Source: Hydrurus foetidus (lineage: Eukaryota). Taken from it: a stretch of 64,000 nucleotides of DNA. The notes beneath the pieces were generated by a model that was not told the DNA's origin, did not search any database, and saw only the letters and a list, made by a program, of their open reading frames with translations. The translations under genes were made by a program, and so were the position numbers. The stretch lies in NCBI GenBank assembly GCA_900617105.1, contig UYFQ01000032.1, positions 310,001 through 374,000 of the forward strand, written 5' to 3'. Below, in pieces: positions 33,594-43,269 of the stretch; the stretch's first letter is position 1; the number at the start of each line of letters is the position of its first letter.

Positions 33594-34823
33594 TCACGCT
33601 GCCTGGTGTAGCGGTATCACTTCAACCCCGGTGCGCAGCTTGTCCAGGTAGTCCGCCCACCGTTGCATCATCTCCCGGCGGGCTGGGAGGTGGGCGGTTC
33701 TGTTGTAGGCGCGTCCGTTGGCATCTTTGACTTGGTGGGCGAGCTGGTGCTCGATCAAGTCCACACGTTCCCCCTGCACTTCGTCCATGATGGTTCTGGC
33801 CATCGCTCGAAAGCCGTGGGCGCTGTGAACTTCCTTGCTGTAGCCCATGCCGCGCAATGCTGCGTTCACGGTGTTCTCACTCATGGGGCGTTCACCCGTG
33901 CGCAGGCTGGGGAAGATGTAGCGGCCATGCCCGGTCATGCGGTGGATGCTGCGCAGTATCTCCACGGCTTGGGCGGCCAGGGGCACCAGGTGGTCAACCT
34001 TCATCTTCATCTTGGTGCCAGGGATACGCCATTCCGCCGTATCGAGGTCAACCTCTGCCCACTCAGCAGCCCGCAGTTCACCAGGACGCACGAACAGCAG
34101 GGCGGACAACTTCAGCGCGGCCACGGTGTAGGGGTGGCCGGTGTAGTCGAAGATGGAACGCATGAGTTCACCGGCTTGCTTTGGCTCAGTGATGGCGGGG
34201 AAGTGCTTTTCAGGGACAACCGACAACGCGCCACGCAAATCGGCGGTTACATCGCGCTCTGCCAGCCCCACAGCGACAGCGAAGCGGAACACCTGCCCAC
34301 AGGCTTGTTTGATGCGGTGGGCGCTGTCGATGGCTCCACGGGCTTCAACCTTGCGCAGTACGTTGTCCAGAACATCACGCGGGCCTATGGTGGCGATGGG
34401 CATGTGACCCATGAAGGGGAACACGTCTTTGACAAACCACGTCTCGATCTTGTCTTGCGTGGTGCTTTCGCGGTTTGCCGCTGTCTTGGCTAACCAGTCA
34501 CGGGCGACGGCCTCGAAGGTGTTGACCGCTGCGTCAGCGATGGCCTGTCTGTCTTGCTTCTTGGCGGTGCTGGGGTCTGTGCCATTTGCCAGCAGCTCGC
34601 GGGCTTTGTCGCGCAACTTACGGGCCATCTTTAGCGTTACCGCCGTGTCCGAGTAAACCCCAAGGGCCAGCGTTTTGCGCTTATCGGCGTGGGTGTAGTC
34701 CATGCGCCAGTATTTGCCCGCAGCCTTCACCAGCAAATACATCCCCCCGCCATCGCTGTGTTTGTCCCCTGCGGGCTTGCCGCTGTGCTTGAGCGTCTTG
34801 ATCGCGGTATCTGTCAGTGCCAT
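33594..34823 (-). CDS. P4-type tyrosine integrase
   Basis: Arm-binding N-terminus (DGGGMYL-KYWR), VRPGEL, HGFR, QLAH and AYNR motifs. Confidence 0.96.
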   Translation of the reverse strand: MALTDTAIKTLKHSGKPAGDKHSDGGGMYLLVKAAGKYWRMDYTHADKRKTLALGVYSDTAVTLKMARKLRDKARELLANGTDPSTAKKQDRQAIADAAVNTFEAVARDWLAKTAANRESTTQDKIETWFVKDVFPFMGHMPIATIGPRDVLDNVLRKVEARGAIDSAHRIKQACGQVFRFAVAVGLAERDVTADLRGALSVVPEKHFPAITEPKQAGELMRSIFDYTGHPYTVAALKLSALLFVRPGELRAAEWAEVDLDTAEWRIPGTKMKMKVDHLVPLAAQAVEILRSIHRMTGHGRYIFPSLRTGERPMSENTVNAALRGMGYSKEVHSAHGFRAMARTIMDEVQGERVDLIEHQLAHQVKDANGRAYNRTAHLPARREMMQRWADYLDKLRTGVEVIPLHQAA

Positions 34824-34999
34824 CGCTGCCCCTGTTGCGGTATCTGCTTTTACGGTATCGGGCTGATACCGTCAGAAATACCGTTAAAACTTTGAGCTTT
34901 GATGATACCGAGTGAGATGGTGTGAGGCAAAGAAAAACCCGCTACGCTGGGGAACGTGCGGGTTATTGATACTGTGTGAGGTGGTCTGATATGACCATA

Positions 35000-35093
35000 T
35001 GGTGCCCGGAGCCGGGGTCGAACCGGCACGCCCCTTATGCAGGAAAGCGGCGGATTTTAAGTCCGCAGTGTCTACCAATTTCACCATCCGGGC
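35000..35093 (-). tRNA. tRNA-Leu(TAA)
   Basis: GCCCGGATGG...anticodon TAA...GGTTCGA...GGGCACCA; long variable arm. Confidence 0.95.
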
Positions 35094-35150
35094 AGTCTGT
35101 CTATTGTGAAACAAAAAAGCCCTGTCTATCGTGGCGACAGGGCTGTTTTT

Positions 35151-35224
35151 TGGAGGCGCGATCCAGAGTCGAACTGGACTAACCGGATTTGCAATCCGGG
35201 GCATAACCGCTTTGCTATCGCGCC
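35151..35224 (-). tRNA. tRNA-Cys(GCA)
   Basis: GGCGCGATAG...TTGCAAA...CGCCTCCA. Confidence 0.95.
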
Positions 35225-35320
35225 TTTATGCTGCTGATGTCTTGCGGCGGAGACTGCCGCTGCAAAACAATTTGATGTCCTCTTATGAAAAAAGGAAGCC
35301 TAAGCTTCCTTTTTCAAATT

Positions 35321-35396
35321 TGGAGCGGGAAAAGAGTCTCGAACTCTCGACCTCAACCTTGGCAAGGTTGCGCTCTACCAACTGAGCTATTCCCGC
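35321..35396 (-). tRNA. tRNA-Gly(GCC)
   Basis: GCGGGAATAGCTCAG...TTGCCAA...CCGCTCCA. Confidence 0.96.
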
Positions 35397-35506
35397 AATA
35401 CTTACATTATAGTATGTTTTTAACTTACTTTAGCTTTATCAACCAAATAAGTGGGTACTGTACCTACGCTCAACACCCAAACATACACCAAAATACACTT
35501 AAAAAC

Positions 35507-35582
35507 TGGAGCGGGAAAAGAGTCTCGAACTCTCGACCTCAACCTTGGCAAGGTTGCGCTCTACCAACTGAGCTATTCCCGC
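35507..35582 (-). tRNA. tRNA-Gly(GCC)
   Basis: Identical second copy. Confidence 0.96.
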
Positions 35583-35680
35583 GTAGCTCTCTATTATATG
35601 AAGATTTTTGGGCTCTTTTAAAAATTGTCACCAATTTTTAAAAATCAGCACGATCAAACCCTGAGCGGCACAATGCAGCC

Positions 35681-36439
35681 ATGACAAAACATCTCTACAT
35701 TCTGACTGGCGCATCGCGAGGTATGGGCTTGGCCATGGCGCAACAACTGCTGCATACCGACCATCACCTGCTGTGCATTTCTCGGCAAAGTAACGATACC
35801 CTCACCGTGCAAGCCCAAAGTACCCAAGCCGCACTGACACAGTGGCAACAGGACTTGGCAGAGCCTGCGCAACCCGCCGCACGCTTGGGGATATGGTTGG
35901 TCGCTCAAGGTACAACGCCGTGGGCCAGCGTAACGCTGATTAACAACGCTGGCGTCATCGCTGACACCGTGCCCTTAAGCGCCGCAGACCCTGAGCACCT
36001 CGCACAAGCGTTGCGCGTTGGCCTTGAAGCGCCACTGCTATTAACCGCCGCCTTCTTACACGCGACCGACAGCTGGACAGCACTGCGCCGCGTGCTGAAT
36101 ATCTCGTCAGGACTGGGGCGACGCGCTATGGCCAGTCAAGCTGCCTACGGTGCGGCCAAAGCCGGCATGGATCATTTCACCCGCTGCCTTGCGCTGGAAG
36201 AATCATCCAAATCGTATGGGGCCAAAGTCTGCTCGCTGGCCCCAGGTGTGATCGACACTGATATGCAAACCCAATTGCGGGCTGGCAATGACCAAGACTT
36301 CCCCGATCGCCAGGGTTTCGTCAACCTCAAAACCAACGGCCAACTTACCTCCCCCGCCGAAGCCGCTGCCCGCGTGCTGGCCTACTTGGCGCGTGCCGAC
36401 TTCGGCAGTCAGCCTGTAGCCGATGTGCGCGAGGTTTAA
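35681..36439 (+). CDS. Short-chain dehydrogenase/reductase
   Basis: TGASRGMG, NNAG and YGAAK motifs. Confidence 0.92.
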   Translation: MTKHLYILTGASRGMGLAMAQQLLHTDHHLLCISRQSNDTLTVQAQSTQAALTQWQQDLAEPAQPAARLGIWLVAQGTTPWASVTLINNAGVIADTVPLSAADPEHLAQALRVGLEAPLLLTAAFLHATDSWTALRRVLNISSGLGRRAMASQAAYGAAKAGMDHFTRCLALEESSKSYGAKVCSLAPGVIDTDMQTQLRAGNDQDFPDRQGFVNLKTNGQLTSPAEAAARVLAYLARADFGSQPVADVREV

Positions 36440-36513
36440 CCACCCACACACTAAGATACGTTTCTTTTACTCCGTCCTAAAAACTCAAAACCCTTAACCC
36501 CCAAGGAAATATC

Positions 36514-37698
36514 ATGAGCCGCGAAGTTGTTGTAGTCAGTGGTGTGCGCACCGCCATAGGTACGTTTGGTGGCAGTCTTAAAGACATTACGCCGATTGAT
36601 CTGGCCACCCAGGTCGTGCGTGAATCGCTGTCCCGTGCCTCGGTTGCCGGTGCCGACGTGGGCCATGTCGTGTTCGGCCATGTGGTTAACACCGAGCCAC
36701 GGGACATGTACTTGTCCCGCGTAGCGGCCATCCAAGGCGGGTGCAGCGAAGGCACGCCCGCATTCAACGTCAACCGCCTGTGTGGCTCTGGCTTGCAAGC
36801 CATCATCTCCGCCGCGCAAGCGATTCAACTTGGCGACACCGACATCGCCATCGGCGGTGGTGCTGAAAACATGAGCCGTGCGCCCTATGCCTCGCTCAAC
36901 GCCCGCTGGGGTGCCCGCATGGGGGACACTAAGATGATCGACATGATGATGGGGGCACTGCACGACCCGTTCCACAGCATCCACATGGGTGTCACCGCTG
37001 AAAACATCGCCACCAAATGGGGCATCAGCCGTGAAACTCAGGACGCACTGGCGGTAGAAAGCCACAACCGGGCCGAGCGTGCCACCCTGGCCGGTTACTT
37101 TAAAGACCAAATCACCCCTGTGATCCTGAAAAGCAAAAAGGGGGACATCGCCTACGCAACCGACGAACACTTTCGCCCCAACGCTACGATGGCCGACATG
37201 GCCAAACTCAAACCCGTGTTCGCCAAAGAAAACGGCACCGTCACCGCCGGGAACGCATCGGGCATCAACGACGCCGCCGCCGCCGTGGTGATGATGGACG
37301 CGGCTACGGCCAAAGCCCGTGGCCTACAGCCGATGGCCCGCCTGGTAGCCTACGCCCATGCCGGTGTTGACCCCAAATACATGGGCATTGGCCCCGTGCC
37401 CGCCACGCGCAAAGCCTTGGCTAAAGCAGGCTTGACAGTGAATGATCTGGACGTGATCGAAGCCAACGAGGCCTTCGCCGCCCAAGCCTGCGCCGTCACC
37501 CGTGATTTGGAGCTCGACCCTGCCAAGGTCAACCCCAATGGTTCTGGCATCTCGCTGGGCCACCCGATTGGGGCAACAGGAGCACTGATTACGGTAAAAG
37601 CCCTGTACGAGTTGGAGCGCATTCAAGGCCGCTACGCTCTGGTAACGATGTGCATTGGCGGTGGTCAAGGCATTGCAGCGATTTTCGAACGCTGCTAA
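36514..37698 (+). CDS. bktB: Beta-ketothiolase (BktB-like)
   Basis: NRLCGSG, NEAF, GHPIGATG and MCIGGGQG motifs; NTEPRDMYLSR is typical of BktB. Confidence 0.85.
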   Translation: MSREVVVVSGVRTAIGTFGGSLKDITPIDLATQVVRESLSRASVAGADVGHVVFGHVVNTEPRDMYLSRVAAIQGGCSEGTPAFNVNRLCGSGLQAIISAAQAIQLGDTDIAIGGGAENMSRAPYASLNARWGARMGDTKMIDMMMGALHDPFHSIHMGVTAENIATKWGISRETQDALAVESHNRAERATLAGYFKDQITPVILKSKKGDIAYATDEHFRPNATMADMAKLKPVFAKENGTVTAGNASGINDAAAAVVMMDAATAKARGLQPMARLVAYAHAGVDPKYMGIGPVPATRKALAKAGLTVNDLDVIEANEAFAAQACAVTRDLELDPAKVNPNGSGISLGHPIGATGALITVKALYELERIQGRYALVTMCIGGGQGIAAIFERC

Positions 37699-37745
37699 AA
37701 CACATTCAATGCTATTAATTTCATAGCAACTTAAGACCGTATATC

Positions 37746-38183
37746 CTACGCCCTGACCACAAGCACAGGTACGGGCGAGCGCCCCAAAACGCGCAGGGTC
37801 ACGCTGCCCATCAGCAGTTTTTCCAGGCCGTGACGGCCATGAGAGCCCATCACGATCAAATCCGCCTCCACCTCACGGGCGGTGTTCAAAATGCCCTCAT
37901 GAATCACATGCTCTTCTACGGCCCGCTTGGCGCAAAAAAGGCCCAGCGTGGTCATTGCTGCCTCAGCCTTGCTCAACGCACTGTGCGCGTTGGCCGTGGC
38001 GGCAGCCATGTACTCGACCTGACCATAAGCGAAATCGCCCCCCACACCAGTGAAGGGATAGTTGTCGATCACCGTGACCAAAGTCACAGCGGAACCGAAG
38101 GCTTGCGCCAATCCCGCCGCTTTGTCCACGGCCTGCGCCGCATTGGCAGAACCATCGACGGGCACCAGAATATGTTTGAACAC
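37746..38183 (-). CDS. Universal stress protein
   Basis: ILVPVDGS and ADLIVMGSHGR-GSV motifs. Confidence 0.93.
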   Translation of the reverse strand: MFKHILVPVDGSANAAQAVDKAAGLAQAFGSAVTLVTVIDNYPFTGVGGDFAYGQVEYMAAATANAHSALSKAEAAMTTLGLFCAKRAVEEHVIHEGILNTAREVEADLIVMGSHGRHGLEKLLMGSVTLRVLGRSPVPVLVVRA

Positions 38184-38355
38184 GATGGGAACTCCTGCGT
38201 TGAAGTGAATTTGACAGTGAGATGCTTGTACTGCGCAAGAAGTTACATGTCAAATAGAAACCGCCAATAGGCCATTGCATCTGCGCAAATTTGAACCATC
38301 GATCACAAAGAGACTAGCGTATTGATTGAAATATTGACTGAGGGAAATTCAAAGC

Positions 38356-38391
38356 AAAAAGCCTTGTCATTCAATGAATGACAAGGCTTTT
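38356..38391 (-). terminator. Terminator of the tRNA operon
   Basis: AAAAAGCCTTGTCATTC-AAT-GAATGACAAGGCTTTT immediately after tRNA-Asp. Confidence 0.8.
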
Positions 38392-38395
38392 AAAC

Positions 38396-38472
38396 TGGCG
38401 GAGCGGACGGGACTCGAACCCGCGACCCCCGGCGTGACAGGCCGGTATTCTAACCAACTGAACTACCACTCC
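38396..38472 (-). tRNA. tRNA-Asp(GTC)
   Basis: GGAGTGGTAGTTCAG...CTGTCAC...CTCCGCCA. Confidence 0.95.
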
Positions 38473-38544
38473 TGGTAGATGACGTTTTGTTCTTTCGAAC
38501 CAAGTGCCAACCACTTGTTGCCTGATTTGCCTTTCGGCTTATCT

Positions 38545-38620
38545 TGGCGACCCTACGGGGATTCGAACCCCGGTACTCACCGTGAAAGGGTGATGTCCTA
38601 GGCCTCTAGACGATAGGGTC
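38545..38620 (-). tRNA. tRNA-Glu(TTC)
   Basis: GACCCTATCGTCTAG...CTTTCAC...GGTCGCCA. Confidence 0.95.
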
Positions 38621-38656
38621 ATAACCTAAAACTTCCAAATTCATTACGACTAACTT

Positions 38657-38682
38657 TGGTGGAGGTAAGCAGGATCGAACTG

Positions 38683-38725
<43 letters not shown>

Positions 38726-38732
38726 TACCCCC
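38657..38732 (-). tRNA. tRNA-Ala(GGC)
   Basis: GGGGGTATAGCTCAG...ATGGCAT...CTCCACCA. Confidence 0.95.
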
Positions 38733-38826
38733 TCAAGACTAGCTTTAACACCCACTTTACTTTGCTAAACTTGTTTAACTAAGTATCGTTAGTGCCGAGC
38801 CTCGAATTATATACATATATTTAGGC

Positions 38827-40221
38827 TTATGCCAAACGCTGCAAAACAATTTCTCTTTTTGACAATGCCAGCATTGCATCGAGTGCCGGTGTTTGGGCGG
38901 AACCCATCACCAAAACACGTACGGGCATGGCGAGTTGAGGCATCTTCAGACCTTGGGCAGTCAGCACCTCTTTGATAGCAGCGGCAATGCTGGGTTTATC
39001 CCAAGCACACGCAGCCAGCTTCTCGACCAGCAGCGCCAGCGCAGGACGGACAGCATCGGTAATATGCTGGGCAAGCTCTTCAGGCTTGGGGGTCACGTCC
39101 ACATAGAAAGCAGCCGCCCAATCAGCAAGCACCACCGTGGTTTCGCTGCGGTCTTTGAACAAGGCACAGATGTCGATGAGTCGCTCGTCCGGCGCAATGC
39201 CGCGCTTGGCCAGTTGCGCCGTGACCAGCGCTGCCAAGCGCTCATTGCTCGCCGCCTTCATGTAATGGGCATTGACCCACAGCAATTTGACGGGATCCCA
39301 CTGCGCAGGGCTTTTGTTCAGGTGGCTGCCATCGAACCAACTCACCAGTTGTTCGCTGCTGAAGAGTTCATCGTCGCCGTGACTCCAACCCAGACGCGCA
39401 AGGTAGTTCAGCATGGCTTCGGGCAAGAAGCCGCCTTCTTCATAGGCCGTAACACTGACGGCACCGCGCCGCTTCGAGAGCTTCTGCCCGTCATCCCCCA
39501 GAATCACCGGGCAATGACCAAACTGTGGCAGTGCTGCACCCAGGGCGTTGAAGATGTTGATTTGCCACGGCGTGTTGTTGATGTGCTCATCACCCCGGAA
39601 CACATGGGTAATGGTCATGTCCCAATCATCCACCACCACCGCAAAGTTGTAGGTAGGGATGCCGTCGGTGCGCACGATGATGAGGTCGTCAATCTCGCGG
39701 TTGTTGATGGTGATCGGGCCTTTGACGAGATCGTTCCAAGTCACATCACCGTCTGCTGGATTTTTGAAACGCACCACGGGCTGCACACCTGCGGGGACGG
39801 GTGGCAGCGTTTTGCCGGGTTCAGGCCGCCAGCGACCGTCGTACAGCGTCTTTTCACCCAAAGCGCGCTTGGCTTCGCGCACAGCCTCTAACTCTTCCGG
39901 CGTGCTGTAGCAGTGGTACGCCTTGCCTTCAGCCATCAGCTGTGCCACGACGGTGCTGTAACGCTCCAGCCGCTGCATTTGGTAGAACGGGCCTTCGTCA
40001 TAGCCCAGGCCAAGCCACTGCATCGAGGCGAGGATTTGGTCTACCGAATCTTGCGTGGAACGCGCCACATCGGTGTCTTCAATGCGCAGCACGAATTCAC
40101 CACCATAGTGACGGGCGTAGGCCCAGGAATACAGCGCCGTGCGGGCCGTGCCCAAATGCAGGAAGCCAGTGGGGGATGGGGCGATACGGGTGCGAACAGC
40201 CGCAGGGGTAGAGTGGGTCAT
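38827..40221 (-). CDS. gltX: Glutamate-tRNA ligase
   Basis: [17 protein letters not shown] and KLSKR motifs. Confidence 0.97.
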   Translation of the reverse strand: MTHSTPAAVRTRIAPSPTGFLHLGTARTALYSWAYARHYGGEFVLRIEDTDVARSTQDSVDQILASMQWLGLGYDEGPFYQMQRLERYSTVVAQLMAEGKAYHCYSTPEELEAVREAKRALGEKTLYDGRWRPEPGKTLPPVPAGVQPVVRFKNPADGDVTWNDLVKGPITINNREIDDLIIVRTDGIPTYNFAVVVDDWDMTITHVFRGDEHINNTPWQINIFNALGAALPQFGHCPVILGDDGQKLSKRRGAVSVTAYEEGGFLPEAMLNYLARLGWSHGDDELFSSEQLVSWFDGSHLNKSPAQWDPVKLLWVNAHYMKAASNERLAALVTAQLAKRGIAPDERLIDICALFKDRSETTVVLADWAAAFYVDVTPKPEELAQHITDAVRPALALLVEKLAACAWDKPSIAAAIKEVLTAQGLKMPQLAMPVRVLVMGSAQTPALDAMLALSKREIVLQRLA

Positions 40222-40253
40222 AAACAATTATTTCAAAACACGGTACACAACCA

Positions 40254-41753
40254 TCAGCTCAAATTCGGCAAAGCCAGCCGCGAGGTATCTTCAGCGCCCT
40301 CAACAGCTACCACGCGGTTTTCGTTCAAACGGGTGATGTCATCGAACGTGATGTCGCCGGTGACATAAACGCCGTCAAAACACGATGCGTCGAAGTTGGT
40401 GATGGCTGGGTTCAGCGCACCGATGGCCCGCTTCATGGGCTCCACGTCCTGGTAAATCAAAGCATCGCAGCCAATGATTTGGCGGATTTCCTCCACGGTG
40501 CGACCATGCGCGACCAGCTCGTCTTTGGTGGGCATGTCGATGCCGTAGACGTTGGGGTAGCGCACGGGTGGTGCAGCGCTGGCAAGGTAGACCTTGCGGG
40601 CACCGGCATCACGGGCCATTTGGACGATTTCTTTGCTGGTGGTTCCACGCACAATGGAATCGTCCACCAGCAGCACGTTGCGGCCTTTGAACTCGCTGGC
40701 AATCACGTTGAGCTTTTGGCGCACTGATTTTTTACGCACTTCGTGGCCGGGCATGATGAAGGTACGGCCCACGTAGCGGTTTTTCACAAAGCCTTCTCGG
40801 TACGGGATGCCCAGCAAATGTGCCACCTGCGTCGCGCTGGGGCGGCTGGATTCGGGGATAGGGATCACCACGTCGATGTCGCTTGGCGGCACGGTAGAGA
40901 CGATGCGCTTGGCCAAGGTTTCGCCCAGGTTCAAACGGGCTTGGTAGACCGAAATACCGTCCATCACCGAATCAGGGCGAGCCAGGTAGACGTACTCAAA
41001 AATACAGGGGTTGAGCTGGGGATTCACCGCGCACTGCTCGGCGTGAACCACGCCTTCCAGGCCGATATAAACCGCTTCACCCGGTGCGATATTGCGCTCA
41101 AACACATGGCCCGTGCCTTCTAACGCCACAGATTCGCTGGCCACCATGCGTGTGCCATCGGCGCTCAGGCCCATGCACAGCGGGCGGATGCCATACGGAT
41201 CGCGGAAGGCCAACAACCCATGCCCAGCAATCAGCGCGATGACCGCGTAAGAGCCTTTGATGCGGCGATGCACGCCACGCACAGCCTCAAACACGTCCAT
41301 CGGCTTGAGTGGCAAGCCACGGGTAGTTTTCTCCAGCTCATGGGCCAGCACGTTGAGCAAAACTTCAGAATCGCTCTCGGTGTTGATGTGGCGGTGATCG
41401 GCAGAAAACAACTCGGATTTAAGTGCGTGCGCGTTGGTCAAATTGCCGTTGTGAACCAACACGATGCCGAAGGGCGCGTTCACATAAAACGGCTGCGCTT
41501 CTTCCTCACTGTAGGCGTTACCCGCCGTGGGGTAGCGCACTTGGCCCAAGCCGCAGTTGCCCGGCAGCGAGCGCATGTTGCGGGTGCGAAACGCATCCCG
41601 CACCATGCCCTTGGCCTTGTGCATGAAGAACTTACGGTCTTGCTGGGTGCAAATCCCCGCAGCATCCTGACCCCGGTGCTGGAGCAGCAACAGAGCGTCG
41701 TAAATAAGTTGATTGACAGGGGCGTTACTGACAACACCGGCAATTCCACACAT
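40254..41753 (-). CDS. purF: Amidophosphoribosyltransferase
   Basis: N-terminal MCG, QHRGQD and VDDSIVRGTT motifs. Confidence 0.98.
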   Translation of the reverse strand: MCGIAGVVSNAPVNQLIYDALLLLQHRGQDAAGICTQQDRKFFMHKAKGMVRDAFRTRNMRSLPGNCGLGQVRYPTAGNAYSEEEAQPFYVNAPFGIVLVHNGNLTNAHALKSELFSADHRHINTESDSEVLLNVLAHELEKTTRGLPLKPMDVFEAVRGVHRRIKGSYAVIALIAGHGLLAFRDPYGIRPLCMGLSADGTRMVASESVALEGTGHVFERNIAPGEAVYIGLEGVVHAEQCAVNPQLNPCIFEYVYLARPDSVMDGISVYQARLNLGETLAKRIVSTVPPSDIDVVIPIPESSRPSATQVAHLLGIPYREGFVKNRYVGRTFIMPGHEVRKKSVRQKLNVIASEFKGRNVLLVDDSIVRGTTSKEIVQMARDAGARKVYLASAAPPVRYPNVYGIDMPTKDELVAHGRTVEEIRQIIGCDALIYQDVEPMKRAIGALNPAITNFDASCFDGVYVTGDITFDDITRLNENRVVAVEGAEDTSRLALPNLS

Positions 41754-41854
41754 AGCTTTTCGCTTTCCAGACCGTGCTGCCCGCCGCCCAACCACACGTT
41801 GGACACCAACCAGCACTTAACAAACTTGAACAAACTCGATTGACAGCAGCCGCG

Positions 41855-42391
41855 TCAATTCACACTGGCGCCTAACTCCGGGACATACCGCGCAATGTCT
41901 GCGGGCAGCAGGGGTACCACCTTGTGGACACCTTCGGTCACGAGCTTCACACCTTCAGACGCTTGCCAAGCGGCACTGCGCTGCAAAGGCGTTTTGGCAG
42001 CCAACAACATCAGCAACATCAGCAATGCTACGCCACGCACCACGCCAAAAATCGCCCCCAGCGCGCGGTCTACAGGCCGTAAACCCACGGTATCAACCAA
42101 GCGCCGTAATACAGAAATCAACAATGCACAGGCTACCAGCGCCAGCACAAACACGCAGCCGAAACCGGCAACATCCCGCACAGCGTCGCTGGTTTTACCC
42201 AGCGGCAAATAGGCCCCCATGTCCACCGCAAAGAACGAGGCCAGTGCAAAGGCCACACCCCAAGACAGCAGCGACAGCACCTCGTAAATCACACCGCGCC
42301 ACGCACCAAACAACACGGACAGCAGCAAAACGGCCAGCAACCCCCAATCCACCGCACTGACCGCGTTCGCCAAAGCGTAAAGAGAATCCAC
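41855..42391 (-). CDS. cvpA: CvpA family membrane protein
   Basis: DRALGAIFGVVRG motif; folC-dedD-cvpA-purF gene order. Confidence 0.9.
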   Translation of the reverse strand: MDSLYALANAVSAVDWGLLAVLLLSVLFGAWRGVIYEVLSLLSWGVAFALASFFAVDMGAYLPLGKTSDAVRDVAGFGCVFVLALVACALLISVLRRLVDTVGLRPVDRALGAIFGVVRGVALLMLLMLLAAKTPLQRSAAWQASEGVKLVTEGVHKVVPLLPADIARYVPELGASVN

Positions 42392-42394
42392 GGG

Positions 42395-43258
42395 TTACAG
42401 CGTCAAAATCGCGGCAGGCAGGGCCAATGCCTTGACTTTGTTGGCAGCTTTTTCGGCCTCGGCCTTGCTGGTGAACGGGCCTAGGCGTACGCGGGTGCGG
42501 GGGCCGTCTTTGGTTTCAGCAACGTGGGTGTAGGTTTTCAGACCAGCGTGCTCCAGCTTGAGGCGGGCTTCTTGGGCTTTGGCGGCATCGGCAAAAGCGC
42601 CGACTTGGATGATGTAACGGCTGTTGTCTTCATCCTTCGCATCCTTGCTGTCTTTCACTTCTTTGATTTCTTTAGATTCTTTGGGCTTGGCCGGTGGTTT
42701 GCTGTCCAGCAGCGCTTTAGCACGGGTGCCGTCGTCGGCTTTTGCTTCGTTATGTTTCGCTTCGTTATTTGTAGCTGCTACCGCCCGTGCAACCTGCTGT
42801 TTAGCCGTATTTTTAGCTGAATCAGAAGCGACAAGCTGCTCTTCATCATCCAAACTGGCGGCAGCGGACACCTTGGTGTCTGCGGGTTTGGTCACAGCGC
42901 GTGCAGGAGCCGTCGCAGGTGGGGAAGATGTGGCGGACGACACCCCCACCTTAGCAGGACGACTGGGAACGGGCGCAGAGGGCGCAGGTGCCTCAGACAC
43001 CACAACCTCAGTGGCCGGGGTGGACATTTGCAGCGGAGCGACTTTGGCTTTGTCAGGAATCTCAATCTGCACATCCACCGGCATAGGCCGGGGTTGCGTA
43101 TCGAACACCAGCGGAAAGCCCACCACGCCAATCAGTACCAGCACTACTGAGCCGATCAAGCGGTTGCGGGCACGTTGGCGCAACGTCTCAACGCTTTCAG
43201 CAGGACGGGTAGAGGGGGTGGGGGAATCGCCAGCTTGGCGGAACTTGAAAAAAGCCAT
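42395..43258 (-). CDS. dedD: SPOR-domain protein DedD
   Basis: RNRLIG plus TM segment, low-complexity linker, SPOR domain (IQVGAF-RVRLGPF). Confidence 0.85.
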   Translation of the reverse strand: MAFFKFRQAGDSPTPSTRPAESVETLRQRARNRLIGSVVLVLIGVVGFPLVFDTQPRPMPVDVQIEIPDKAKVAPLQMSTPATEVVVSEAPAPSAPVPSRPAKVGVSSATSSPPATAPARAVTKPADTKVSAAASLDDEEQLVASDSAKNTAKQQVARAVAATNNEAKHNEAKADDGTRAKALLDSKPPAKPKESKEIKEVKDSKDAKDEDNSRYIIQVGAFADAAKAQEARLKLEHAGLKTYTHVAETKDGPRTRVRLGPFTSKAEAEKAANKVKALALPAAILTL

Positions 43259-43269
43259 GTCGCTGAGGG

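Larger units (their letters stand above)
24248..35022. mobile_element. Satellite-like (P4/PICI-type) integrative element in the tRNA-Leu(TAA) 3' end, ~10.7 kb
   Basis: Flanked by imperfect direct repeats of the tRNA 3' end; integrase adjacent to the tRNA; alpA, primase-helicase and TA modules inside. Confidence 0.9.

Noticed and set aside
35321..35582. Duplicate tRNA-Gly as an att repeat of another element
   Set aside because: Both copies are full length and identical; Gly-Gly-Cys-Leu is an ordinary tRNA operon.
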